Source: Alphaproteobacteria bacterium
GTDB lineage: Bacteria > Pseudomonadota > Alphaproteobacteria > UBA828
DNA: 64,000 nucleotides
Assembly: GCA_965220745.1 (NCBI GenBank)
Contig: CBDCQT010000013.1
Span: forward strand, 992,001-1,056,000
Direction: 5' to 3'
Part shown: positions 29,951-40,568 of the stretch, piece by piece
How the letters are laid out: every line of letters begins with the position of its first letter
Numbering within the stretch: the first letter of the stretch is position 1
Made by a program: the position numbers and the translations under genes
The notes under the pieces: generated by a model
Database searches by the model: none
Told to the model about the DNA's origin: nothing
What the model saw: only the letters and a program-made list of their open reading frames with translations

Positions 29951-30586
29951 CGCCCTCCGCAGACGGGCCATCAGCCCGTCGGCAGTTACGATACCTGAAG
30001 GAGAGATCGCCACGCCTGCGGCGCGCAGCATGCGCGCCGTCCATGTGTTGCACGTGTTGAACAGGTGGAATTCGCCGCGGGCATTGTAGAAGTGGCTGCC
30101 GGGGTAGAGACCGCGAGAGACGGACGCGGCACGGCCGCCGGCGGGGCGTTCGAACTCCGCCGCAAGCGCCTCGACCAGATTGAGAAATCCCGCCTCGGTT
30201 AGCGGCACGGCGACGACCTCGCGGCTGGAACCGCCGTCTCTCGGCGCGGCCGCGAGCCCGGCCATGTGCATGACCGCGGGCGTGGGCACGAGCGCCGCAG
30301 AGAGAGTCATCCCGATGGTCTTCTCCTTCGCCGGGTAGTAGACGCGGTCCCCCCACCCGAACTCGAGATACGCGGCGCCGGGAAAGTCCGCCGCCTCGGG
30401 GAGCAGGCCGGTGTCGGCGAGCGCGGGCGCCGGCACGACGATCGCCGTATGCCAGCCGTTGCTGGCGACCTGGATGACGTGGGTGCGCGGTGCGTCGTTG
30501 TCAGCTGGTGGGGGCGGCGCGGTTTCGCAGGTGGCAAGCCAGAGGGCGCAGAGCGCGAGCGCCGGCCCGATCAGCCAGCGCCTCAC
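29936..30586 (-). CDS. DUF2459-like putative lipoprotein
   Basis: GWHTAIV, FGWGD, FHLFNTCNTW; lipobox-like LATC; GTG start after GGGAGG. Confidence 0.75.
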   Translation of the reverse strand: MRRWLIGPALALCALWLATCETAPPPPADNDAPRTHVIQVASNGWHTAIVVPAPALADTGLLPEAADFPGAAYLEFGWGDRVYYPAKEKTIGMTLSAALVPTPAVMHMAGLAAAPRDGGSSREVVAVPLTEAGFLNLVEALAAEFERPAGGRAASVSRGLYPGSHFYNARGEFHLFNTCNTWTARMLRAAGVAISPSGIVTADGLMARLRRALIVE

Positions 30587-30612
30587 GGTGCGCCTCCCGC
30601 CGGCGATCCCTG

Positions 30613-31656
<1,044 letters not shown>

Positions 31657-31758
31657 TTCTCTTCTCCCGTGATGCGCGGCGAGGGAAGCCACGTCGTGAC
31701 TGTGGGGAGATAGGCCAGTTCTGCTACAATCGCCAGAGAACAAATTGGGGAGGAGACC

Positions 31759-32907
31759 ATGGGCAACATGTGGAACAGTGACCCGCGCGGCTGGCGCCTG
31801 TCACGACGCGGATTCATGAAGGGTGCGACCGCGCTCGCCGGCACGGCAGCGCTCTCCAGCACCTTCGCGGGCCGGAATGCCGGGGCGCAGGAAAATACGC
31901 TCACTTATCTGAGCTGGCCGGGCCATGCCGACCCGTTCATCGTCGAGCCCTTCGAGCAGGAGCACGGCGTCAAGGTTGTCGGCAAGGAGTATGTCGGCGG
32001 CGAGCAGATGCTGGCGCTGGTCAACCAGTCGCCGCCCGGCACCTACGACGTCATCCTGTCCGACCGGGAGTACATCGTGCAGCTGCGCGATGCCGGCTTC
32101 ATCGACAAGATGAACCCGGCCGATTATCCGTTCGACGACTTCTGGCCCGAGTTCCAGCAGCTCGAAGGCCACTGGCTCGACGGCGACCTCTATTCGGTGA
32201 TGGTGGACTTCGGCTATCTCGGCCTCGTCCACAACACCGACCACCTGAGCGAGGCCGACTGCAGCAGCTACGGCGTGATGTGGGAAGACCGGGTGAAGGG
32301 CAAGGTCGGCCACTTCGACTGGTACCTGCCGACCATGGGCTGCCTTAGCCTCTATAACGGCAACAAGGACCCGTTCAACATCGACGATGCGGCGTTCGAC
32401 AAGCTGCGCGATACCACCTTCTCGCTGGCGCCGCAGCTCGCCGGCTTCTACGCCATGGCCGACGTGTTCACCTCGATGACCAACCAGGACGCCTGGGTCA
32501 TGCCCGGTATCGGCGAGTGGATCTCGATCATCCTGCATCGGGGCGGTCTGCCGATCACCACCACCATCCCGGACGAGGGCGGCATCCAGTGGACCGAGTC
32601 GTGCTCGATCGGTCTCGGCTCCGAGAAGCAGGACCTAGCTGCGAAGTTTATCCAGTACCTGGCCAGTCCCGAGGGGCAGTGGCGCATTGCCGCCAAGCCG
32701 TCCTACAACGCCTCGATCCCGAACAAGAAGGGCTGGGAGGCGCTCAACGAGAACGATCCCGAGTTGTCCGAGCTGCTGCGGCACCGGTTCGACAAGCGGA
32801 ACGTCATGGACGAGTACAAGGACGGCAAGATCCAGCTTCGCAAGACGCCCGTGCAGCAGTCGATCGACGACTGGACTGAGGTCTGGAACGAGTACAAGAA
32901 CATTTAG
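31759..32907 (+). CDS. PotD/PotF-like ABC transporter substrate-binding protein with Tat signal
   Basis: SRRGFMKG twin-arginine leader; LTYLSWPG, PDEGGIQW. Confidence 0.85.
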   Translation: MGNMWNSDPRGWRLSRRGFMKGATALAGTAALSSTFAGRNAGAQENTLTYLSWPGHADPFIVEPFEQEHGVKVVGKEYVGGEQMLALVNQSPPGTYDVILSDREYIVQLRDAGFIDKMNPADYPFDDFWPEFQQLEGHWLDGDLYSVMVDFGYLGLVHNTDHLSEADCSSYGVMWEDRVKGKVGHFDWYLPTMGCLSLYNGNKDPFNIDDAAFDKLRDTTFSLAPQLAGFYAMADVFTSMTNQDAWVMPGIGEWISIILHRGGLPITTTIPDEGGIQWTESCSIGLGSEKQDLAAKFIQYLASPEGQWRIAAKPSYNASIPNKKGWEALNENDPELSELLRHRFDKRNVMDEYKDGKIQLRKTPVQQSIDDWTEVWNEYKNI

Positions 32908-32915
32908 CGTCAAGC

Positions 32916-32939
32916 GGGGGCCGTGCGTGCGCGGCCCCC
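32916..32939 (+). terminator. GC-rich stem-loop after SBP gene (attenuator/mRNA stabiliser)
   Basis: GGGGGCCG...CGGCCCCC hairpin; only a short T run follows. Confidence 0.5.
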
Positions 32940-32971
32940 TAACTTTCGGGTGCCCGTACACGACCTAATTC

Positions 32972-33868
32972 ATGGCTGTCGCCGAGACTGAAGGCGTAAC
33001 GGCCTCCGCCGGCCGCAACGCCCCTCGGCCCGACGGTTATGCGCTCTTCTGGGGCCTGCCGCTCGCGCTCTGGCAGGGGATGTTCTTCCTCGCCCCGCTC
33101 GCCTTCCTTGTCGTGATGACCTTCTGGTCGGTGAAGAATTTTCGGCTCGAGCCGGACTTCGACACCGTCAACTGGGTCAGGATGTGGAGCAAGGGCTATG
33201 TCGTGGACACCTACCTGCGCACGCTCGGCTACGCCGTGCTCGCGGCCGTGGTGTGCAGCGTCCTGGCCTTCCCCGCGGCTTATGCGCTCGCCTTCAAGGT
33301 TTCGCCCGCGACACGGCGCCTCGGAGTGTTCCTGCTCATCACGCCGTTCTTCACCAGCTACGTCGTGCGCGTCTATTCGTGGCAAGCGGTGATCTCCGAC
33401 AACGGCATCCTGAACACGGTCTTTGCTTTCCTCGGCTTCGGCCCGGTGGAGATGCTGAACACGCTGTTCGGCACCGTGGTCGGCTACATGACGCTCTGCC
33501 TGCCGCTGGTGATCCTGCTCCAGCTCTTCAGCCTGGCGAACGTCGACCGCAGCCTGATCGAGGCCGCCCACAACCTCGGCTGCGGGCGGATCAGGACCAT
33601 CTTCCTGGTGATCATTCCTTCGGCCAAGGTGGGCCTGATCCTGGCCGCGACCTTCACCTTCATCCTCTGCTTCGGCGACTTCGTGAGCCCGGTCAGCCTC
33701 GGTGGGAGCAAGCCGCCCACGCTCAGCATCCTGATCGTGGACACGGTGAAGCAGGGCAACCACTGGCCGCGCGCTGCGGTGGTGGCGGTGACCATGGTGG
33801 CGACGCTCATCGTGGTCGCTTTTACCGCGCTCTACTTCGCCTACGGCCACGGGCGGGCGCGGCGATGA
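32972..33868 (+). CDS. ABC transporter permease (PotB-like)
   Basis: PFFTSYVVRVYSW, LIEAAHNLG EAA motif. Confidence 0.9.
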   Translation: MAVAETEGVTASAGRNAPRPDGYALFWGLPLALWQGMFFLAPLAFLVVMTFWSVKNFRLEPDFDTVNWVRMWSKGYVVDTYLRTLGYAVLAAVVCSVLAFPAAYALAFKVSPATRRLGVFLLITPFFTSYVVRVYSWQAVISDNGILNTVFAFLGFGPVEMLNTLFGTVVGYMTLCLPLVILLQLFSLANVDRSLIEAAHNLGCGRIRTIFLVIIPSAKVGLILAATFTFILCFGDFVSPVSLGGSKPPTLSILIVDTVKQGNHWPRAAVVAVTMVATLIVVAFTALYFAYGHGRARR

Positions 33869-34674
33869 GGCTCGACCGCATCATCCGCGGCTCGCTGCTG
33901 GGCTACGTCTTCCTGGCGCTCGGCTTCGTGTTCGTGCCGATCGTGATCAGCTTCATCTTCTCCTTCAACGAGGGGCGCTTCCCGGTCCTGCCGATCGAGA
34001 ACTTCTCCACGGTCTGGTACGAGGCGATCTGGAACGAGGCGCCGGTGCCGCGCGCTTTCCGCTTCAGCGTCATCGTGGGCCTCTCGGTCGCGGCCATCTC
34101 CACGTTCATCGGCTTCGCGACCGCGTACACCGACTTCCGCTACCGCTTCTTCGGCAAGAACGTCTACCTCGCGCTCGCCCTGCTGCCGCCGACGATTCCG
34201 GTACTGATCCTGGGGCTCGTGATGCTGATGTTCCTGGGCCGCGTGAGCCTGGTGGGCGAGCTGCACTCTGTGATCTTCTCCCACGTGGTCTACTGCACAC
34301 CCTTCGCCATGGCGCTGATCCGGCTCAGGCTCTCGCAGATGGACCCAGACCTGGAGCGGGCTGCCTGGAACCTGGGCGCCAACAACTGGCGGGGGATGCT
34401 GTTCGTGATCCTGCCCTTCACCATGCCGTCGATCTTCGCTGCGCTATTCCTCACGGCGGCGGTGTCGTTCGACGAGTTCATGATCGCGTTCTTCGTCGGC
34501 GGCGTGAACGAGACCCTGCCGGTGCGCGTGCTCAACATGATGCAGGGTCAGGTGAGCCCCCGGATCAATGCGGTCGGCAGCGTGGTGTTCGCCGTGTCGA
34601 TCACGCTCGTTATTCTGGCGCAGGTCTTCTTGCTGACCCGCCGCGGCACCGGCCGCCTCAAGGCACCGGTGTAG
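33865..34674 (+). CDS. ABC transporter permease (PotC-like)
   Basis: FSTVWY, LERAAWNLGA, SFDEF, TLPV. Confidence 0.9.
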   Translation: MRLDRIIRGSLLGYVFLALGFVFVPIVISFIFSFNEGRFPVLPIENFSTVWYEAIWNEAPVPRAFRFSVIVGLSVAAISTFIGFATAYTDFRYRFFGKNVYLALALLPPTIPVLILGLVMLMFLGRVSLVGELHSVIFSHVVYCTPFAMALIRLRLSQMDPDLERAAWNLGANNWRGMLFVILPFTMPSIFAALFLTAAVSFDEFMIAFFVGGVNETLPVRVLNMMQGQVSPRINAVGSVVFAVSITLVILAQVFLLTRRGTGRLKAPV

Positions 34675-34698
34675 GGGGGACGGTCGTGCATGGTCCGC

Positions 34699-34737
34699 TT
34701 GACTTCGTTACCTTACTGCATTACGATTATGGTAAGG
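34699..34737 (+). promoter_or_regulatory. sigma70 promoter and inverted-repeat operator of the TA module
   Basis: TTGACT-N17-TACGAT; CCTTAC (34711-34716) / GTAAGG (34732-34737) inverted repeat straddling the -10 box. Confidence 0.7.
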
Positions 34738-34756
34738 CAACAGGCGGAGATACGAC

Positions 34757-34999
34757 ATGTACGTGAAGATCACGTCGAAGCGCCAAGTCACGTTTCCAGC
34801 CCGCGTGCTGGAGGCGCTGGGCGTGAAACCTGGCGACCAGCTGGAGTTGCAGGAGAGCTCGAGCGGCTTCCTGCTGCGCCCTCGGCGCATCGATTCTGAT
34901 CGCCTCGCGCCACTGCGCGGCAAACTTCGGCGCGGACAAGGCTCCTTCGACATCGAACGTGTTCGCGAGGGGGCTCATGACCCAGCGCTTCGGGATTGA
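34757..34999 (+). CDS. AbrB/MazE/SpoVT-family antitoxin
   Basis: KITSKRQVTFPARVLEALGVKPGD swapped-hairpin signature. Confidence 0.88.
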   Translation: MYVKITSKRQVTFPARVLEALGVKPGDQLELQESSSGFLLRPRRIDSDRLAPLRGKLRRGQGSFDIERVREGAHDPALRD

Positions 35000-35375
35000 T
35001 ACTTCGATCCTCGTGCGACTGCTGACGGGCGATCCCGAACTCGAATTCGCGCGCTGCAAACAGCGGCTGACCACTTTGATCGAAGACGACGGCGCCGAGG
35101 TTTTCGCCTCCAATCAGGTGATCGGAGAAGCCTACGTGGCGGTGCAGCATCACTACGGCGTCTCCAAGGCGGACTGTCGCTCCGGCCTCACGGCCGTGCT
35201 GCGGAGTGGCCTCGTGGCCCCACTCGGCGGTGACGCCACGCTGGAGATCCTTGGTCAAACCGGCGGCGCCGGTTTGCTCGATCGCCTTATCGCCGCGGGC
35301 TATGCCAGGGCCGGACTGGATGTCCTTACACTCGATCGAAAGATGGCGGGCCTTGCCGATGCTCGGCTTCTGTGA
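34977..35375 (+). CDS. PIN-domain (VapC-like) toxin
   Basis: IDTSILVR, GEAY, LDRLI, TLD acidic residues; overlaps the antitoxin gene. Confidence 0.85.
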   Translation: MTQRFGIDTSILVRLLTGDPELEFARCKQRLTTLIEDDGAEVFASNQVIGEAYVAVQHHYGVSKADCRSGLTAVLRSGLVAPLGGDATLEILGQTGGAGLLDRLIAAGYARAGLDVLTLDRKMAGLADARLL

Positions 35376-35398
35376 CGGCGTCTGCCGAGGCACGCGCG

Positions 35399-36484
35399 AT
35401 GGCTGAATCCCTGCTGGAGCTCGATGGCCTGACCAAGCGCTTCGGCGAGCACGAGGCCGTGAGCGGGATCGACCTGGAGATCGCGGAGGGCGAGTTCGTC
35501 GCGCTCATGGGGCCGTCCGGCTGCGGCAAGACCACGACGCTGCGCATGATCGCGGGTCTTGAAGAACCGACGAGTGGCGAGGTGCGGCTCGACGGGGAGC
35601 GGGTCAACGAGCGCAAGCCCTGGGAGCGCGACACTCCCATGGTGTGGCAGAGCCTCGCGCTCTTCCCCTACCTCAGCGTGCGCGGGAACGTGGAGTTCGG
35701 CCTCAAGATGCGCAGCATACCGGCCAGGGAACGCCGCGCGCGGGCGCTCAAATGGCTGGAGCAGGTGGGCATCGCCGATTACGCGAACCGCAACATCGCG
35801 CAGCTCTCCGGCGGCGAGCGGCAGCGGGTGGCGCTCGCCCGCGCGCTGGTGACCGAGCCGCGCATCCTGCTGCTCGACGAGCCGCTGAGCGCGCTCGACG
35901 CCCATCTCAGGGTCCGCATGCAGGCGGAGATCACCGAGTTGCAGCGCCGGCTCGGCATCACCTTCGTTTACGTCACCCACAACCAGTCCGAAGCCTTCGC
36001 CATGGCGAGTCGCGTCGTCATCATGGACGCGGGCCGCATCCAGCAGATCGGCGCGCCGCGCGAGGTCTACCGCGCGCCAGCCAACCGCTTCGTCGCCGAG
36101 TTCGTCGGCACCAACAACATCATCGAAGGGCGCGTGCGGACGGCCGAGGGCGGGCGCATCGGCGTGGAGTCGGTCCACGGTGACATCCAGGCCGCCGTGC
36201 CGTCGGCGCGCGCGCCGGCCGTGGGCGATTCGGTCAATCTGGTGGTGAGCGGCGACCGAGTCGCGCTAAACGCGGAGGCGGAGGCACATAACAACGCCGT
36301 CACCGGCACCGTAATCAGCGAGGAGTTCATCGGCTCGGTGGTGACGCTGCACCTCGATGTCGGCGGCGGCGCGGTGTTTCGCGTCCAGAAGCAGGCGCAC
36401 GAGCTCGACACGATCGATATCACGCCGGGGCAGACGTTTCACGTGTCCTGGCGGGCGGAGGATACCTATGTGCTGCCGGCGTGA
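35399..36484 (+). CDS. ABC transporter ATP-binding protein (PotA-like)
   Basis: GPSGCGKT, LSGGERQR, LLLDEP, YVTH, C-terminal TOBE-like region. Confidence 0.93.
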   Translation: MAESLLELDGLTKRFGEHEAVSGIDLEIAEGEFVALMGPSGCGKTTTLRMIAGLEEPTSGEVRLDGERVNERKPWERDTPMVWQSLALFPYLSVRGNVEFGLKMRSIPARERRARALKWLEQVGIADYANRNIAQLSGGERQRVALARALVTEPRILLLDEPLSALDAHLRVRMQAEITELQRRLGITFVYVTHNQSEAFAMASRVVIMDAGRIQQIGAPREVYRAPANRFVAEFVGTNNIIEGRVRTAEGGRIGVESVHGDIQAAVPSARAPAVGDSVNLVVSGDRVALNAEAEAHNNAVTGTVISEEFIGSVVTLHLDVGGGAVFRVQKQAHELDTIDITPGQTFHVSWRAEDTYVLPA

Positions 36485-36517
36485 CCGGAAGGCGCCAGAA
36501 ACGGGGGAGGGGAGTGC

Positions 36518-38044
36518 ATGTCAATACTGATTGAGGGTGCCACCATCGTCTCGATGGACCCGGAGCACGGAAGCGAGCCGTTTCAGGGCAACATCCTGAT
36601 CGAGGGCGAGCGTATCGCCGCTGTTGGCGCGACGGGCGCCGACGTGGAGGCCGACCGGGTGATCTCCGGCGAGGGCAAGCTGGTGATCCCGGGCCTGATC
36701 AACGGCCACATCCACACGCCGGAAGCCTTCGCCAAGGGACGCTATGACAACATGCCGCTGGAGCTCTGGATGACGCTCGCCTACGGCATCCTCGGCGCGG
36801 CCGAGCTTACGCCACGTATGATCTACCTGCGCTCCGCGCTTTGCGCCATGGACGCGATCAAGACGGGCGTCACGTTCTTCTCCGACGACATTCTCGAATT
36901 CCCGCTGCAGTCCATGGAGACCATCGGCGCGGTGTTCCAGGCCTACGAGGACGTGGGTTTGCGTGCCTCGATCTCGGGCCACGTGATCAACCGCAAGCTG
37001 CCCGACACGATCGTCTACTTGAACGACCTTCTGCCGGGCGATCTCAAGAGCGAGATCGACGAGATGGTGCCGCCGACGGCGGACGAGTTCACCGCGTTTT
37101 GCGAGGAGGCGCTCGGCCTCTATCACAACCGGGCCGGCCGGCTCCGCTTCATGCCGGCACCCTCCGGCCCCCAGCGCTGCACCGAGCCCCTGATGCACGC
37201 CGCCGACGAGTTCGCCCGCGCGAACGGGCTGCCCTTTCACACCCACATCCTCGAATCGAAGGTGCAGGCGGTCACCGGCCGCGAGCTCTACGGCAAGACC
37301 CTGATCCAGTACATGCACGACCTCGGTCTGCTCACCCGCAACACGACCATCGCGCACGGCATCTGGCTCACCGACGACGACATCGCGCTGATGGGCGAGG
37401 CGCGCTGCTCGGTGGTCCACAACGCGCTCTCCAACCTCAAGCTCGGCTCCGGCATCTGCGCGGTGCGCCGGCTGCTCGATGCGGGCGTCAATCTCGCGTT
37501 GGGCTCCGACGGGTTATCCACCAGCGACACGCCGCGCATGTTCAGCGTGATGCAGTGCGCGGGCCTGATGCACAACATCTCATCGCCCGACAACGCCTAT
37601 TGGCTCGACGCCCACGAGGTGCTGCATGCGGCGACCCTCGGCGGCGCCTACAGCGTGCTCATGGAGGACGAGATCGGTTCGCTGGAGCCCGGCAAGCGCG
37701 CCGACCTGTCAATCCTCGACATGCGGACGGCCAACTTCACGCCGCTCAACGACGTGCGCAACCACCTCGTCTATTGCGAGAACGGCTCCTCGGTGGAGAC
37801 GGTGATCGTCAATGGCGAGATCATGGTGGAGGACGGCGAACTCACGCGGGTCGACGAGGCGGCGCTGATGGACGAGCTGCGCGACATGATGCCAACGATC
37901 CAGGCCGATCAGGAGCGGCTGGAGGCCAAGAACAAGGCGTTCATCCCGCCGCTCGCCGAGGTCTGGCGCCGCTGCGCCGAGACCGATATCGGCATCAACC
38001 GCTGGGGCAGCGACAATCAGCCGCGCTGGCCGACCAACCGCTAG
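36518..38044 (+). CDS. metal-dependent amidohydrolase (MtaD/AtzA/GuaD-like deaminase)
   Basis: PGLINGHIH, HTHILES, IAHGIW, SNLKLGSG, LGSDG, IGSLEPGKRAD. Confidence 0.88.
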   Translation: MSILIEGATIVSMDPEHGSEPFQGNILIEGERIAAVGATGADVEADRVISGEGKLVIPGLINGHIHTPEAFAKGRYDNMPLELWMTLAYGILGAAELTPRMIYLRSALCAMDAIKTGVTFFSDDILEFPLQSMETIGAVFQAYEDVGLRASISGHVINRKLPDTIVYLNDLLPGDLKSEIDEMVPPTADEFTAFCEEALGLYHNRAGRLRFMPAPSGPQRCTEPLMHAADEFARANGLPFHTHILESKVQAVTGRELYGKTLIQYMHDLGLLTRNTTIAHGIWLTDDDIALMGEARCSVVHNALSNLKLGSGICAVRRLLDAGVNLALGSDGLSTSDTPRMFSVMQCAGLMHNISSPDNAYWLDAHEVLHAATLGGAYSVLMEDEIGSLEPGKRADLSILDMRTANFTPLNDVRNHLVYCENGSSVETVIVNGEIMVEDGELTRVDEAALMDELRDMMPTIQADQERLEAKNKAFIPPLAEVWRRCAETDIGINRWGSDNQPRWPTNR

Positions 38045-38076
38045 AGGCACCGGCCGAGCGCGAAGAGGAGGCCGCC

Positions 38077-38877
38077 ATGACCCGCCCGGTGCGTGTCGCG
38101 GAGATCGACTGGACCGAGTACGACCGGCGCGTGCGGGAGGAGCAGCCGGTGGTGATCCTCCCGGTGGGCTCGCTGGAGCAGCACGGGCCCCACCTGCCCA
38201 TGAACTGCGATGCCGCGATCCCGACCGCGCTTGCAGAGCGGGTCGCGGCACGCACCGGCGATCTGGTCGCGCCTACCCTCTGCTACGGCTACAAGTCGCA
38301 GCCGAAGTCCGGCGGCGGCAACCACTTTCCCGGCACCACCAGCCTCGACGGCGAGACCCTGATCCGCATGGTCCGCGATATCGTCAGCGAGTTCGCCCGT
38401 CACGGCGTGCGCCGCATGGCGGTGGTGGACGGTCACTACGAGAACAACATGTTTTTAGTGGAGGGCATCGACCTCGCCCTGCGCGGGCTCCGGCGTGACG
38501 GCATCGACGACATGCGGATCGCCAAGATTCCGTACTGGGAGTACGTCACCCAGGAGACCATGGACGCCGCCTGGCCCGAGGGCTTCCCCGGATGGCCGCT
38601 GGAGCATGCCGGCCTGATGGAAACCTCGGTCATGCTGCACCTCTATCCGGAGCTCGTGGACATGACGAAGGCGCCCGGCCACCCGCCGGCCGACTTCCCG
38701 CTCTACGATATCTATCCGACGGACACCTCGCGGGTGCCCTGGACCGGCGCGCTCTCGCCTTCAATCGCCGCGACGGCGGAGAAGGGCGAGCGCTTCGTTG
38801 CCGACTACGTGGACGGCATGACCGCCGCGCTGATCCAGATCTTCGGGTCGAGGCGCCAGGACATCGCGGCGGAATAG
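38077..38877 (+). CDS. crnA: creatininase (creatinine amidohydrolase)
   Basis: EQHGPH...D, YGYKSQPKSGGGNHFPGTTSLDG (as in Pseudomonas CrnA, from memory), GHYEN, EHAGLMETS. Confidence 0.88.
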   Translation: MTRPVRVAEIDWTEYDRRVREEQPVVILPVGSLEQHGPHLPMNCDAAIPTALAERVAARTGDLVAPTLCYGYKSQPKSGGGNHFPGTTSLDGETLIRMVRDIVSEFARHGVRRMAVVDGHYENNMFLVEGIDLALRGLRRDGIDDMRIAKIPYWEYVTQETMDAAWPEGFPGWPLEHAGLMETSVMLHLYPELVDMTKAPGHPPADFPLYDIYPTDTSRVPWTGALSPSIAATAEKGERFVADYVDGMTAALIQIFGSRRQDIAAE

Positions 38878-38892
38878 AAGGGGACGCCAGCC

Positions 38893-39858
38893 ATGAGCGA
38901 GGGCTTCTACGAGCCGGTCAGCGGCATGGACATGCCGCGCTTCAGCGCGATGCCGACCTTCATGCGGCTCCCCCACGTCACCGACTTCTCGGCCGTGGAC
39001 ATCGCGCTGGTGGGTGTGCCCTGGGACAACGGCACCACCAACCGCGCCGGCGCCCGCCACGGCCCGCGCGAGATCCGCAACATGTCGAGCCTGATGCGGC
39101 GCACCCATCACACCCTCGGCATCTGCCCCTACGAGCTTTGCCGGGTGGCCGACTGTGGTGATGCCAGCATCAACCCGATCGACCTGCACGACACGATCGG
39201 GCGCATCGAGCGGTTTTTCACTGACCTGCACGCGGCCGGCGCGGTGCCGCTCTCCGCCGGCGGCGACCACCTGATCACGCTCCCGATCATGCGCGCCATC
39301 GCCAGGGACCGGCCGGTCGGCATGATCCACTTCGACGCCCATTCCGATACCTGGGACAGCTACTTCGGTGGCTACACGATCACCCACGGCACGCTCTTCC
39401 GCCGCGCGGTGGAGGAGGGGCTGCTGGACCCCAAGCGCACCATCCAGATCGGCATTCGCGGCTCGGTCTACGACCTTCACGACCTGGACTTCGCGCGCGA
39501 CTCGGGGATGCGTGTCGTCACCATCGAGGAGTACTTCGATGTTGGCTGGGAGAAGGTGATTGCCGAGGCTCGCGCCGTGGTCGGCGACGGCCCGACCTAC
39601 ATCAGCTTCGACGTGGACGGGCTCGATCCGGTCTATGCGCCGGGCACCGGCACGCCCGAAATCGGCGGCTTCTCCACCCACGAGGCGCAACGGATGCTGC
39701 GCGCCACGCGCGGGCTCAACCTGGTGGGCGGCGACGTGGTGGAGGTGGCGCCGCCCTTCGACCCCAGCGGCAACACGGCGCTGGTGGGGGCGACGATGAT
39801 GTTCGAAATCCTGTGCGTGTTGGCGGAGGCGGTGGCGGTGGCCGAGGCCAAGAGCTGA
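38893..39858 (+). CDS. agmatinase/ureohydrolase family protein
   Basis: GGDHLIT, DAHSD, SFDVDGLDP, APGTGTP, DVVEV; substrate not determinable. Confidence 0.9.
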   Translation: MSEGFYEPVSGMDMPRFSAMPTFMRLPHVTDFSAVDIALVGVPWDNGTTNRAGARHGPREIRNMSSLMRRTHHTLGICPYELCRVADCGDASINPIDLHDTIGRIERFFTDLHAAGAVPLSAGGDHLITLPIMRAIARDRPVGMIHFDAHSDTWDSYFGGYTITHGTLFRRAVEEGLLDPKRTIQIGIRGSVYDLHDLDFARDSGMRVVTIEEYFDVGWEKVIAEARAVVGDGPTYISFDVDGLDPVYAPGTGTPEIGGFSTHEAQRMLRATRGLNLVGGDVVEVAPPFDPSGNTALVGATMMFEILCVLAEAVAVAEAKS

Positions 39859-39872
39859 CCAGGGAGGGGACC

Positions 39873-40343
39873 ATGGATCACGAAGGCTACATGCGGCGCG
39901 CCATCGCGCTCTGCGAAGAGAAGATGGCGGCGGAGAAAGGCGGCTACTGCGCGACGATCATCGTGCGGGACGACGAGGTGATCGGCGAGGGCTGGAACAA
40001 CGTGGCCGAGAACAGCGACGCCACCGGCCACTGCGAGATCAACGCCATTCGCGACGCCGGCAAGCGCACCCGCAATTGGGACCTCTCCGGCTCGACCCTC
40101 TACACGACCTGGGAGCCCTGCGTCATGTGCGCGGCGGCGATCTGGTGGGCGCGAATCGACCAGGTGTTCTACGGCAATCTCCTCTCCCACGCGGCCGATC
40201 TCGGCATCGACCTCGCCGGGCTGGACAAAGAGGTCGCGACGCCGAGCGAGCAGCGCGGCCGGCCCTACCGGCGCCTGCTGGGCGACGAGACCTACGCCAT
40301 GTTCAGGGCGTGGTGGGACAGCGGGGACCGCACAACCATTTGA
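39873..40343 (+). CDS. zinc-dependent nucleoside/guanine deaminase (cytidine deaminase fold)
   Basis: HCE and EPCVMC zinc motifs. Confidence 0.88.
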   Translation: MDHEGYMRRAIALCEEKMAAEKGGYCATIIVRDDEVIGEGWNNVAENSDATGHCEINAIRDAGKRTRNWDLSGSTLYTTWEPCVMCAAAIWWARIDQVFYGNLLSHAADLGIDLAGLDKEVATPSEQRGRPYRRLLGDETYAMFRAWWDSGDRTTI

Positions 40344-40349
40344 TGGCGC

Positions 40350-40378
40350 TTGCACCGCTGGAACGGTCGCGCCATATA
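40350..40378 (+). promoter_or_regulatory. promoter of the rreB-like small gene
   Basis: TTGCAC-N17-CATATA just upstream of the extended Shine-Dalgarno. Confidence 0.5.
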
Positions 40379-40412
40379 CGACGTGTCGTCAACAACGAAA
40401 GGAGGTGATCCA

Positions 40413-40487
40413 GTGTCAGACTGTCCTAAACCGCGATCGGCGGTCATCGTGAGCTGGGTCTCCCCCTGCGATGGGGCCCACGGCTGA
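40413..40487 (+). CDS. rreB/rreR-like small ORF (24 aa) with 17-nt extended Shine-Dalgarno
   Basis: GAAAGGAGGTGATCCAG (40397-40413) complements the conserved 16S 3' end; GTG start; MSDCPKPRSAVIVSWVSPCDGAHG*; own promoter and hairpin. Confidence 0.7.
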   Translation: MSDCPKPRSAVIVSWVSPCDGAHG

Positions 40488-40523
40488 CGGTGACGACGCG
40501 ATCTGCGGATCGCGGATTGACGG

Positions 40524-40554
40524 GGAAGGGCCGCCCCAGCCGGGCGGCCCTTCC
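40524..40554 (+). terminator. stem-loop ending the small transcript
   Basis: GGAAGGGCCGCCC-CAGCC-GGGCGGCCCTTCC perfect 13-bp stem. Confidence 0.65.
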
Positions 40555-40568
40555 AACGTTCCGAGCCC

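Noticed and set aside
40397-40413. Possible 16S rRNA gene fragment on the minus strand
   Set aside because: Only 17 nt match the 16S 3' end and the flanks are not rRNA-like. The context (promoter, GTG ORF, hairpin) fits an extended Shine-Dalgarno.
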